A stretch of 64,000 nt of DNA from contig CAMWQB010000001.1 of the NCBI GenBank assembly GCA_947176295.1, positions 4,760 through 68,759 of the forward strand. The letters are read 5' to 3'. Every line of letters begins with the position of its first letter. The first letter of the stretch is position 1. The DNA is from an uncultured Porphyromonadaceae bacterium (GTDB lineage: Bacteria > Bacteroidota > Bacteroidia > Bacteroidales > Muribaculaceae). The notes beneath the pieces are model-generated. The model was given only the letters and a program-made list of their open reading frames with translations. It was not told the DNA's origin and did not search any database. The translations under genes and the position numbers were made by a program. Of the stretch, positions 39,342-49,031 are shown in pieces.

Positions 39342-41627
39342 ATGAAGAAAATAATACTACTCACTCTTGCTGCAGCGGCCGCAATGACGACGTCCGCTCA
39401 GTCGAAGCTCGACCTCTCGGCAGCTTCGCTCGCCCAGCGTGTTATGGCCTCCGAAGTGCTCAGCCGCAGTGGCGAAAATGTAAAGGCCCTCCCCGCTCCA
39501 GTCGCAATAGACGACAAGGTGGCAGTAGTTGTAACTCTCGCTCCCGGCGAGGATGCCTCCGTTCTCGAAGAACGCGGTTTTGAAGTCCTCACCACCCGCG
39601 AGGATATGGCTATCGTGAGGATGTCGGCACCCGAAATGCTGGCAGCCGCCGAGATGGCCCAGGTCAAGGGCATCGCCCTCAGCCCCGAAGCACACCCCCT
39701 CCTTTATGCAGCCAAGAAGGGCACAGGCGTGAATCCCATCCTCGAAGGCTCGCCCGAAGTCGGAGGCAATGTCTACGACGGCACAGGCATCGTTGTCGGC
39801 CTCATGGACAAGGGTCTGGACGTGAACAACCCCAACTTCCTCAATAAGGACGGCAAGTCTCGTGCCTCGCGCGTGTTCGTAATCACAGGCAACACTGGCG
39901 CCATCACTACCTACGACACCCCTGAGAAAATTGCCAACTTCACAACCGACGACTCCGACGAGACCCATGGCACACACGTGCTCGGTTGCATGGCCGGCAG
40001 CTTCACCGATAAATTCACCAAGGTTGCATTCATCAACGCAAACACCGGCAGCAATCAGATTGCTTCCAACCGTTGGACCTCCGCTACCGACTATCGCGGG
40101 CCGGCCATCGCTGCCGACATCGCTGCTGCCTGCGGCACCACCGAGGGCACAAACATCCTCCTCGCAGCTGAAAAAGTTTACAGCTACGCCAAGAGCCAGG
40201 GCAAGCCTTGCGTGATGAACATCTCGCTTGGCCACAACACCGGCCCCCACGACGGCACCGACGCAAACTCCCGCTACCTCGAAAGCATCGGCAAGGACAT
40301 GATCATCTGCGTGTCCGCCGGCAACGAAGGCACCGACGCTATTTCGCTCCACAAGGAATTCACTGCCTCCTCCAAGGAAATCAAGACCTTCCCCTCAATG
40401 AGTGCTTCCGCGAGCGGCGTTGTCGACATCTGGGGATACGATGCTTCCATTTACAAGGTAACATTCCAGATTTTCGAGCGCGCCACCGGAAAAGTTGTGT
40501 GGAGCTACACCGTCGACAAGAACCTCAATTCCACCGACAAGCAGGAGACGATGGCAATCATCACCAGCTCCAACTACAACATGCCCACCTACATCCACAA
40601 TGCTGCTTTCGACAAGGCTTTCGGCAACAGCTCCGCCGTGTTCATCGCCACCAAAGTGGACCCCTCCAACAATCGCTACAACACTCAGGTAACTCTCCAG
40701 CTCGGCGGCTCGGGTAACGCATATTACCCCGCCATCGCAGTTGAAGGCAACCCCGGACAGAGCGTAGACATGTTCGCATCCGGCCGCCTGGCTTTCTACT
40801 CCAACGGCATCGCCGGCTACACCAACGGCAACCCCGACAACTCCATCAACGGAATAGCCACGGCCAAGAACGTGCTCGCCATCGGCGCATACGTCAACGA
40901 GACCTCCATTCCCACCCTTCAGGGCCTCGCAAGATTAAACACTCGCTACAAGAAAGGCGATATCGCCGACTTCTCCTCCTACGGCACGACTTTCGACGGC
41001 CGTGTGCTCCCCCACGTTGCCGGCCCCGGCATGGCCGTGATTTCCTCGCTCAGCTCCTACTACACCGCCAAGCTCGACCCCAAATCGGATGAAATCGCAC
41101 AGTCCACTGCCTACAAGGACGCTACATTCAACAAGCAGAACCGCACCTACTACTGGTGTCAGATGTCCGGCACATCCATGTCGTCGCCCTTCACCGCAGG
41201 CGTAATAGCCCTCTGGCTCCAGGCCGACCCGACCCTCAAATACGACGACGTGGTGAATATCCTCAACGAGACCTCTGTCCGCGACCAGTATGTCGAAGCC
41301 GCTCCCAACCGCTTCGGCGCAGGACGCCTCGATGCCCTCGCAGGCATGAAGAAGGTGCTCAACCTCACCGGCATCGCCGACATCATGGTTGACGCATCCG
41401 ACTTCATCGTTACGCCCACCGGCCGCCGCTCCTTCGAAGTATTCGCCGCCGGCGCCAACGGCATCCGCGCCGAGCTCTACAGCCTCAGTGGCATGCTCGC
41501 CGCCACGGCTTCCGCTTCCGGCGACACCGCAAACCTCGACGCCTCTGCCGCCACCCCCGGCGTATACGTGCTCCGCAGCACCGCCGACAACGGCCGCGTA
41601 GACTCGCGCAAGATTGTCATCAAGTAA
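39342..41627 (+). CDS. Subtilisin-like S8 serine protease, probable T9SS cargo
   Basis: Signal peptide; catalytic D (GLMDKG), H (HGTHV), S (GTSMSSP); C-terminal domain YSLSG..PGVYVL..RKIVIK. Confidence 0.88.
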   Translation: MKKIILLTLAAAAAMTTSAQSKLDLSAASLAQRVMASEVLSRSGENVKALPAPVAIDDKVAVVVTLAPGEDASVLEERGFEVLTTREDMAIVRMSAPEMLAAAEMAQVKGIALSPEAHPLLYAAKKGTGVNPILEGSPEVGGNVYDGTGIVVGLMDKGLDVNNPNFLNKDGKSRASRVFVITGNTGAITTYDTPEKIANFTTDDSDETHGTHVLGCMAGSFTDKFTKVAFINANTGSNQIASNRWTSATDYRGPAIAADIAAACGTTEGTNILLAAEKVYSYAKSQGKPCVMNISLGHNTGPHDGTDANSRYLESIGKDMIICVSAGNEGTDAISLHKEFTASSKEIKTFPSMSASASGVVDIWGYDASIYKVTFQIFERATGKVVWSYTVDKNLNSTDKQETMAIITSSNYNMPTYIHNAAFDKAFGNSSAVFIATKVDPSNNRYNTQVTLQLGGSGNAYYPAIAVEGNPGQSVDMFASGRLAFYSNGIAGYTNGNPDNSINGIATAKNVLAIGAYVNETSIPTLQGLARLNTRYKKGDIADFSSYGTTFDGRVLPHVAGPGMAVISSLSSYYTAKLDPKSDEIAQSTAYKDATFNKQNRTYYWCQMSGTSMSSPFTAGVIALWLQADPTLKYDDVVNILNETSVRDQYVEAAPNRFGAGRLDALAGMKKVLNLTGIADIMVDASDFIVTPTGRRSFEVFAAGANGIRAELYSLSGMLAATASASGDTANLDASAATPGVYVLRSTADNGRVDSRKIVIK

Positions 41628-41691
41628 GTCCCTTCGACCGAAAGTGGAGAGGAAGCACATCCCTCCACGGCCAAGCCGACATATCAAACCT

Positions 41692-41723
41692 AAAGCGTCT
41701 CCGCATCGCGGAGGCGCTTTTTT
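41692..41723 (+). terminator. Rho-independent terminator after the S8 protease
   Basis: aaagcgtctccgc-atc-gcggaggcgcttt followed by a T-run. Confidence 0.75.
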
Positions 41724-41725
41724 GA

Positions 41726-41757
41726 TTTGGGCAATTGACGGAATTTGATTACTTTTG
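41726..41757 (+). promoter_or_regulatory. sigma-A promoter of the rlmL-like/purD unit
   Basis: TTTG, 20 nt spacer, TACTTTTG. Confidence 0.7.
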
Positions 41758-41795
41758 CACCATAATAGACTTTTGAAAAAACTGACGCTTAAGAT

Positions 41796-43376
41796 ATGAC
41801 ACCAGCACCCACATTCGAGATGGTTGCCAAGACCTTCCAAGGGCTCGAAGACGTGCTTGCCGAGGAGCTCCGCGGCCTCGGCGCGCTCAACGTCGAACCC
41901 GGCCGGCGGATGGTGGCCTTCGAAGGCTCCCTCGAGACCCTCTACCGTGCAAACTTCTGCTGTCGCACAGCCCTCCGGATTCTCAAGCCCTTCTACAAAT
42001 TCCGCGCTTCGACCCCCGACGAGCTCTATCAGCACATAAAAGCCTACGACTGGAGCACGCTTCTCGACCTCGAAAAGACCTTCAGCATCGACACCGTAGC
42101 CTTCGGCGACGAATTCACCCACACACGCTTCGCCACATACCGCGTGAAGGACGGCATCGTCGATTGGTTCCGCGACCACTTCGGCCCCGACAGCCGCCCG
42201 CGTGTGCGCCTCGAGAACGCCGACATAATTCTTAACGTCCACATCCACGGCTCCGACGTTACAGTCTCCCTCGACTCCTCAGGCGAGAGCCTCCACAAGC
42301 GCGGATACCGCCTCGGCGGCCAGACGGAAGCTCCCATCAACGAGGTGCTCGCCGCAGGCATAATCCTCAAAAGCGGATATCGCGGCGACGCTCCTTTTGT
42401 CGACCCCATGTGCGGCTCCGGAACATTCCTCGTCGAGGCCGCCCTCATAGCCGCCAACATATATCCCGGCGTGTTCCGCCAGCACTACGCTTTCGAGACC
42501 TGGCCCGACTTCGACAAGGAGCTTTTCGAAACCATCTTCAACGACGACAGCGCCGAGCGCACCCCGGCCTTCCCCATAATCGGCGCGGACATCTCGCCGA
42601 AAGCAATCGAGATAACTCTGGGCAACCTCAAGGGCGCAGGCGTCAGCCGCTACGTGTCGGCCGAGGTGAAGCCCCTGAGCAAGTGGGAGAGCGCGCCTCA
42701 ACCCGCAGGCATCCTCATCACCAATCCCCCCTACGGCCAGAGAATATCAGCCCCCGACATGGAGGCCCTCTACCGCACCATAGGCACGAAGCTCAAGCAC
42801 GTCTTCACCGGCTACCATGCATGGATCATCGGATATAAGGACGAATACTTCCGCGAAATAGGGCTCGCACCCTCTCAGAAGATGGCCGTGAACAATGGCG
42901 GCCTCGACTGCGAACTCCGCGAGTACGTAATCTTCGAAGGCTCCAAGCGCGACTTCCGCGCAGCCGGCGGCTCGATAAAAGACGAAGAACGCGCCGACGC
43001 ACGCCGACGCCCCGAAAAGAAGAGCTCCGACTTCCGCAAAGACCGCAAGCCCTTTGCTGCCGACAAGCGCGAGAAGCGTCCCTCCGACTTCCGCAAGGAC
43101 CGCAAGCCCTTTGCCGCCGACAAGGACCGCCGCCGCTTCGACAAAGGCACAGGACGTCCCGCCCGCGACCCCGAAGCTCGCCAACCGCGCCACTTCGGCC
43201 GCGGCGAAACGGCTCCGCTTCCCGAGGGAGAGCGGCCCCACCGCCGTCTGCGCCTCGAGGCTTTCGGCCGAGGCCCCAGCATCCCTGCCGACAAGGAAGA
43301 GAAGGCCAGCTTCCGCCCCATGATGGGCTGGCGCAACAAATCCGGCGAAAAAACCGACGGCAAGTCCGAAGAATAA
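41796..43376 (+). CDS. rlmL: THUMP-domain rRNA guanine methyltransferase (RlmL-like) with a charged C-terminal tail
   Basis: LHKRGYR, APINEVLAAG, DPMCGSGTF and NPPYG motifs. Confidence 0.82.
   Translation: MTPAPTFEMVAKTFQGLEDVLAEELRGLGALNVEPGRRMVAFEGSLETLYRANFCCRTALRILKPFYKFRASTPDELYQHIKAYDWSTLLDLEKTFSIDTVAFGDEFTHTRFATYRVKDGIVDWFRDHFGPDSRPRVRLENADIILNVHIHGSDVTVSLDSSGESLHKRGYRLGGQTEAPINEVLAAGIILKSGYRGDAPFVDPMCGSGTFLVEAALIAANIYPGVFRQHYAFETWPDFDKELFETIFNDDSAERTPAFPIIGADISPKAIEITLGNLKGAGVSRYVSAEVKPLSKWESAPQPAGILITNPPYGQRISAPDMEALYRTIGTKLKHVFTGYHAWIIGYKDEYFREIGLAPSQKMAVNNGGLDCELREYVIFEGSKRDFRAAGGSIKDEERADARRRPEKKSSDFRKDRKPFAADKREKRPSDFRKDRKPFAADKDRRRFDKGTGRPARDPEARQPRHFGRGETAPLPEGERPHRRLRLEAFGRGPSIPADKEEKASFRPMMGWRNKSGEKTDGKSEE
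43025..43124 (+). repeat. In-frame tandem duplication with a 57-nt period (SDFRKDRKPFAADK x2)
   Basis: 43025-43067 and 43082-43124 match at 41 of 43 nt. Confidence 0.9.
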
Positions 43377-43421
43377 CCCATCCCGCACTCTCCCCCTACC
43401 ACCATATAACGCTCAACCATC

Positions 43422-44726
43422 ATGAACATACTCCTGCTCGGCAGCGGCGGCCGCGAAGCCGCACTCGCCTGGAAAATCAGCCAGAGCCCTCTGTGCAAAC
43501 AACTATACATCGCCCCCGGCAACGGCGGCACCGGCGCATTCGGCACCAACATCCAAGCATCTCCCCTCGACTTCGACGCCATCGGCGAAATCATCGCCGG
43601 AAAAGCCATCGACATGGTTGTAGTGGGCAATGAAGACCCCCTCGTAGCAGGCATCGTCGACCATTTCCGCGCCATCGACCCGCAGAAGCCCCTCTTTGTA
43701 GGCCCCACCCAAGCAGGAGCCATGCTCGAAGCCAGCAAGGACCACGCCAAGCGATTCATGGCACGCTACGGAATCCCCACGGCCGCATACCGCACATTCA
43801 CGCCCGACACAATCGAAGAAGGCTACGCTTTCCTCGAAACCCTCAAGCCCCCCTACGTCCTCAAGGCCGACGGCCTCGCCGCAGGCAAGGGCGTCATCAT
43901 TCCCGAGACACTCGACGAAGCCCGCAAGACACTCGCCGAGATGCTCGGCGGAAAGTTCGGGAAGGCCAGCTCCCACGTAGTCATCGAAGAGTTCCTCAAA
44001 GGCATTGAATGCAGCGTTTTCGCCCTCACCGACGGCCACGGAGGCTATCGTCTCCTGCCCGTAGCCAAAGACTACAAGCGCATAGGCGAAGGCGACACGG
44101 GCCTCAACACCGGCGGCATGGGCGCTGTGAGCCCCGTTGTCTTTGCCGATGAAGATTTTATGAAGAAAGTCGATGAGCGCATAGTCCGCCCTACGGTCGA
44201 AGGCCTCATCAAAGACGGCACCGACTACCGCGGATTCATCTTTTTCGGCCTCATCAATGTTGGCGGCGACCCCATGGTGATTGAATACAACGTCCGCATG
44301 GGCGACCCCGAGACAGAAGTCGTCATGCTCCGCATCGCATCCGACCTCGTGGAGCTTATGGCCGCAGCCGCACGCGGCTCCCTCGGCGACATGCCTCTCG
44401 AAATCGACCCGCGCGCTGCCGCAACGGTGATGGCCGTGAGCGGAGGCTACCCCGAAGCATATGCCAAGGGCAAGAAAATCGAAGGCGTGCCCGCTCCGGG
44501 CGAAACCACCGTTGTGTTCCACGCCGGCACCAGCCTCGACGGGCCCGCGCTCCTCACATCCGGCGGCCGCGTCCTGGCCGTCAGCTCCTACGGAGCCACT
44601 CCCCGCGAAGCCCTCGCCGCATCATACGCCACACTCGACACCATCCGCTTCGACGGAATGTATTTCCGCCGCGACATTGGCAAGGACCTCCTTGCCCTCG
44701 CCGACTCAAGCACCAACGCAGAGTGA
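43422..44726 (+). CDS. purD: Phosphoribosylamine--glycine ligase
   Basis: GSGGRE, KADGLAAGKGV, NTGGMG, EYNVRMGDPE and GGRVL motifs. Confidence 0.96.
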   Translation: MNILLLGSGGREAALAWKISQSPLCKQLYIAPGNGGTGAFGTNIQASPLDFDAIGEIIAGKAIDMVVVGNEDPLVAGIVDHFRAIDPQKPLFVGPTQAGAMLEASKDHAKRFMARYGIPTAAYRTFTPDTIEEGYAFLETLKPPYVLKADGLAAGKGVIIPETLDEARKTLAEMLGGKFGKASSHVVIEEFLKGIECSVFALTDGHGGYRLLPVAKDYKRIGEGDTGLNTGGMGAVSPVVFADEDFMKKVDERIVRPTVEGLIKDGTDYRGFIFFGLINVGGDPMVIEYNVRMGDPETEVVMLRIASDLVELMAAAARGSLGDMPLEIDPRAAATVMAVSGGYPEAYAKGKKIEGVPAPGETTVVFHAGTSLDGPALLTSGGRVLAVSSYGATPREALAASYATLDTIRFDGMYFRRDIGKDLLALADSSTNAE

Positions 44727-45703
44727 AATACGCCGACCTCACACGATTCGTCCATTCCAAGGGCTTTGCCGGGCTGATGCTCGGCCTGGCCCTTGGCGCA
44801 TTTATACTCACCTACTCTCTCGGGCTCTACACCCCCGTCTCAGCCGACAAAGGCCTCATCCTGCCCTCGGCCAACGAGTGGATAGCCCCGGGGCCGGCCG
44901 ACCTCCTCATCTCGCTCGCCGCAAATGTGGCGCTCGTGCTCGCCGCCGCCCTCACGGCCAAATTCTTCAATATCCTCCGCTCGCAGACCGCCCTCCCGAT
45001 GGCCCTCTTCGCCACCCTGCAGATGGCCACACCGGGCCTCGGCGTCCAGTTCTATACGGGCACGGCCCTCGCCATCGCCGTGGCAGGGTGCCTGATGATT
45101 CTCTTCAGCTGCTACCGCTGCCCCGTGCGCACCCGCAGGATATTCCTCATATTCCTGATTCTCAGCACAGGCTGTGCCACCCAGTATTGCTACGTCCTCT
45201 ACATCCCCGTATTTCTCCTCGGATGCGGACAAATGCGCATCTTCAACAGCCGCACCATCGTGGCCGCGCTTCTCGGCCTCATCACTCCCTGGTGGATAAT
45301 GGGAGCCTGCGGCCTCCTGAGGCCCGACACCATCCACATGCCGGAGCTCGTGAACATCTTTTCGCAGATTCCGTCGGCATCGGCCATCAGCCTGCTCACG
45401 GCCGTGGGTCTCACGGCTCTCCTGCTCGTGGGCAGCTTCACCATGAACGTGATGAAGACCATCGCCTACAACGCACGCGCACGCGCCTATAGCGGTGCCT
45501 TCGCCACCCTCTCGCTCGCCACCCTCATAGGCATGGCCATCGACTATCAGAACCTCATCTCCTACGTGCCCCTGCTCAATTACTGCGCCTCCTTCGAAAC
45601 CGCCGGATACTTCAGCACCCATCGCGGCGAGCGCACAGGCCTCGCCCCAATCATCATTGCCGCCACATATCTCGCCCTCTATCTATGCCAAATCCTTCTC
45701 TGA
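44723..45703 (+). CDS. Conserved Bacteroidales multi-pass membrane protein (DUF6427-like)
   Basis: About 9 TM segments; overlaps both purD and pdxB; host-like codon usage. Confidence 0.55.
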   Translation: MKYADLTRFVHSKGFAGLMLGLALGAFILTYSLGLYTPVSADKGLILPSANEWIAPGPADLLISLAANVALVLAAALTAKFFNILRSQTALPMALFATLQMATPGLGVQFYTGTALAIAVAGCLMILFSCYRCPVRTRRIFLIFLILSTGCATQYCYVLYIPVFLLGCGQMRIFNSRTIVAALLGLITPWWIMGACGLLRPDTIHMPELVNIFSQIPSASAISLLTAVGLTALLLVGSFTMNVMKTIAYNARARAYSGAFATLSLATLIGMAIDYQNLISYVPLLNYCASFETAGYFSTHRGERTGLAPIIIAATYLALYLCQILL

Positions 45704-46719
45704 ACATCATAATCGAGGCAAACGTGCCCTATCTCCGGGGAGTGCTCGAGCCATACGCCTCCAACGTGCACTATCTCCCCGCCGATGAAATCACGCCCAA
45801 GGCCGTGGAAAACTGCGACGCTCTAATCGTGCGCACACGCACCCGCTGCGACGAGGCTCTTCTCGGCCGCTCGCGCTGCCGCCTCATCGCCACGGCCACC
45901 ATCGGCACCGACCATATCGACACCGAGTGGTGCGCTTCCCGCGGCATCGTCGTGGTGAACGCCCCGGGCTGCAACGCCCCGGCCGTGGCCCAATACGTCT
46001 TCGCCTCGCTCATGCAGGTTGTGTGCAAGCCGCTCGGCGCCCACACTATCGGAATCATAGGTGTAGGCCACGTCGGAAGCATCGTCGAGCGTTGGGCTCG
46101 CGCACTCGACATGAAAGTGCTCCGCTACGATCCTCCCCGGCAGCAGGCCGAAGGGGGCGACGACTGGGCCTCGCTCGATGAAATCGCCGAGAAAGCCGAC
46201 ATCATCACATTCCACACCCCCCTGACCCGCACGGGCGAGCACCCCACATTCCACATGGCCGACGAAGCTTTCTTCCGCAAACTCCGCCGCGCACCTATCC
46301 TTATCAACAGCGCCCGCGGAGCCATAGTCGACAATCCCGCTCTGGTGCGCGCACTCGACGAGGGCTTCGTGAGCAAAGCTGTCATCGACTGCTGGGAAGG
46401 CGAACCCGACGTGTCGCGCGAACTCCTCCACCGTGCGGCAATAGCCACGCCACACATCGCCGGATACTCCGCTGCCGGGAAAGTAAGAGCATCGCAACAG
46501 GTGGCCGACGCCGTTACCACCCTCTTCTATCTGCCTCGTGTCCACCTCAACGAGCCTCAGCCCCCGGCCTGCGCCCGCACTGTCTCGCCCACCGGAGTAG
46601 CCGAAAGCTACGACCCCATGGCCGACACGGCAGCCTTCCGCGCCCATCCCGAAGATTTCGAAAAGCTCCGCAACTCTTATCCCCTCCGTGAGGAAGCTCC
46701 CGAAGGGAAAATCGACTGA
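45685..46719 (+). CDS. pdxB: 4-phosphoerythronate dehydrogenase
   Basis: VRTRT, TIGTDHID, APGCNA..VAQY, GVGHVG, FHTPL and TPHIAGYS motifs. Confidence 0.9.
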   Translation: MPNPSLNIIIEANVPYLRGVLEPYASNVHYLPADEITPKAVENCDALIVRTRTRCDEALLGRSRCRLIATATIGTDHIDTEWCASRGIVVVNAPGCNAPAVAQYVFASLMQVVCKPLGAHTIGIIGVGHVGSIVERWARALDMKVLRYDPPRQQAEGGDDWASLDEIAEKADIITFHTPLTRTGEHPTFHMADEAFFRKLRRAPILINSARGAIVDNPALVRALDEGFVSKAVIDCWEGEPDVSRELLHRAAIATPHIAGYSAAGKVRASQQVADAVTTLFYLPRVHLNEPQPPACARTVSPTGVAESYDPMADTAAFRAHPEDFEKLRNSYPLREEAPEGKID

Positions 46720-46720
46720 T

Positions 46721-47608
46721 ATGATGACGAAGATTATGACGACATGCTTTGCCGGACTGCGGCACACCGCCGCTGCCATCCTGCTCATAGCCCTCGCCGC
46801 ACTCGCTGTGCCCGACAAGGCCTTAGCCCAGATTCTCACATCGCCCGAATTCGAAGCCCTCACCACCGACAGCGTGCTTCGCGACTTCTCCAACCAGCCA
46901 TACTTCGGCCTGTATAAGGACAACTACTTCATATTCGGTCCGTCCATAGGCCCTAAACCCACAAAGGAGAATACAAACATCAAGTTCCAGATATCCATCG
47001 CCCAGCGCCTCACCCGCTCCACCCTCCCATGGGGAACATATCTTTATCTCTTCTACACCCAGAAGTGCTTCTGGAACGTCCTCGAGAACTCCATGCCCAT
47101 GACCGACCTCAATTTCAATCCCGGTATCGGCCTCACCAAGCCACTCTTTGTCAAGAACCGGTACATAGGTAAGATGTCGCTCATCCTCGAACACGAGAGC
47201 AACGGACGCGACAGCATCCAGAGCCGTTCGTGGAACAAAGTCTCGCTCGCGGCAAACATCATGGTCTCGCCCAACCTCATGGTCCACGGCAAGGTGTGGG
47301 TGCCTATTGTCGACGGCGAGAACAACCGCGACCTCCTCTACTACACCGGCCTGTTCCAGACCGGATTTCAGGTGATGAGCAACGACCGCCGATTCGTAGG
47401 AGGCGTTACGGTCACAAAGCGCAAAGGCTGGAACTTCAATATGAACACCACCGTAGAATTCTGCTGGCGCATCCTCAAGGGCGACAACCAGTATTTCTTC
47501 GTCCAGTACTACAACGGCTATGGCGAAGGCCTCCTCGCCTACAAGGAATTCCACTCCCAGCTCCGCGTCGGAATTTGTATCAAGCCCAAACTTTTCAGCG
47601 ATTATTGA
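46721..47608 (+). CDS. pldA: Outer-membrane phospholipase A (OMPLA/PLA1)
   Basis: NIKFQIS, YTQKCFW, NFNP and HESNGR..SRSWN catalytic motif; YYNGYGEGL. Confidence 0.85.
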   Translation: MMTKIMTTCFAGLRHTAAAILLIALAALAVPDKALAQILTSPEFEALTTDSVLRDFSNQPYFGLYKDNYFIFGPSIGPKPTKENTNIKFQISIAQRLTRSTLPWGTYLYLFYTQKCFWNVLENSMPMTDLNFNPGIGLTKPLFVKNRYIGKMSLILEHESNGRDSIQSRSWNKVSLAANIMVSPNLMVHGKVWVPIVDGENNRDLLYYTGLFQTGFQVMSNDRRFVGGVTVTKRKGWNFNMNTTVEFCWRILKGDNQYFFVQYYNGYGEGLLAYKEFHSQLRVGICIKPKLFSDY

Positions 47609-47642
47609 GCAACCCTTCAAAATATTTTTCTATTTTTGCAGC

Positions 47643-48353
47643 ATGGAAAACAAATACAGCAAAATACTCCTCAAGCTCAGCGGAGAATCGCTGATGGGGG
47701 CACAAGGATACGGAATCGACACCGAGCGCCTCAACATGTATGCCGCTCAGATCCGCACTATCGCGCAAGCAGGCGTGAAAGTGGCTATCGTCATCGGCGG
47801 CGGAAACATCTTCCGCGGCCTCTCCGGAGCCGCTAAAGGATTCGACCGCGTGAAAGGCGACCAGATGGGAATGCTCGCCACCGTCATCAACTCCCTCGCC
47901 CTCAGCTCCGCCCTCGAGTCGGAAGGACAGCCTGCTGCTGTGCTCACATCCATCGGCATGTTTCCCATCGGCGAACAGTATTCCACCGCCCGCGCCAACG
48001 AGCTCCTCGACCAAGGACGCGTGGTGATTGTAGCCGGAGGCACCGGAAATCCCTTCTTCACCACCGACACCGCCTCCGCCCTCCGCGCCGTCGAACTCCG
48101 CACCGAAGTGATGCTCAAAGGCACCCGCGTCGACGGAATCTACACCGCCGACCCCGAGAAAGACCCCACGGCCTCTAAATTCGACAAAATCACATACGAC
48201 GAGATATACAACCGCGGCCTCCGCATCATGGACCTCACGGCCACCACGCTCTGCAAGGAAAACGGCATGCGTATCGTCGTGTTCGACATGGACACCCCCG
48301 GCAACCTCCTGAAGGTAATAGCCGGCGAACCCATCGGCACACTCGTATACTGA
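47643..48353 (+). CDS. pyrH: UMP kinase
   Basis: [22 protein letters not shown] and VDGIYTADP motifs; start at 47643, preceded by TATTTTTG (47631-47638). Confidence 0.96.
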   Translation: MENKYSKILLKLSGESLMGAQGYGIDTERLNMYAAQIRTIAQAGVKVAIVIGGGNIFRGLSGAAKGFDRVKGDQMGMLATVINSLALSSALESEGQPAAVLTSIGMFPIGEQYSTARANELLDQGRVVIVAGGTGNPFFTTDTASALRAVELRTEVMLKGTRVDGIYTADPEKDPTASKFDKITYDEIYNRGLRIMDLTATTLCKENGMRIVVFDMDTPGNLLKVIAGEPIGTLVY

Positions 48354-48405
48354 TCATCCCACCCCTGAATCTCAAGAATTTCTCCACCTTCAAAAAAACC
48401 TAACC

Positions 48406-48966
48406 ATGAGCGAAGTCAGCACATACATCAATCCGGCCGAAGAAAAGATGGAAATGGCCGTGGAATACCTCGACGAAACTCTCGCACGCATCCGCGCAGG
48501 AAAGGCTAACGCCAAGATCCTCGACGGCATCAGGGTCGACTACTACGGCTCGGCTGTGCCCGTTTCCAATGTCGCAAACATCTCAGTGCCCGACGCACGC
48601 ACCATCGCCATCACCCCCTGGGAGAAGAGCATGTTCAAGGAAATCGAAAAAGCGATCATCAACTCCGAAATCGGAATCATGCCCGAAAACAACGGCGAAG
48701 TAATCCGCCTCGCTATTCCCCCTCTCACCGAAGACCGCCGCAAAGCCCTCGTCAAGCAGTGCAAGGCCGAAGCCGAGAATGCAAAGGTGAGCGTCCGCAA
48801 CGCCCGCCGCGAAGCTATCGACGGCCTCAAGAAAGCCGTTAAGGCCGGCATGCCCGAAGACGTCGAAAAGGACGCCGAAACCTCCGTGCAGAAACTCCAC
48901 GACAAATATCTCAAACGCATCGACGACATCTTCGCCGCCAAAGAAAAAGAAATCCTCACGGTCTAA
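48406..48966 (+). CDS. frr: Ribosome recycling factor
   Basis: [20 protein letters not shown] and VRNARR motifs; follows pyrH. Confidence 0.96.
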   Translation: MSEVSTYINPAEEKMEMAVEYLDETLARIRAGKANAKILDGIRVDYYGSAVPVSNVANISVPDARTIAITPWEKSMFKEIEKAIINSEIGIMPENNGEVIRLAIPPLTEDRRKALVKQCKAEAENAKVSVRNARREAIDGLKKAVKAGMPEDVEKDAETSVQKLHDKYLKRIDDIFAAKEKEILTV

Positions 48967-49031
48967 GCCATAGCTTACCGCCCACCTCTACCTCTCTCCT
49001 CGCCCCCCCCTTCTACGATTTTTCATCCGGT

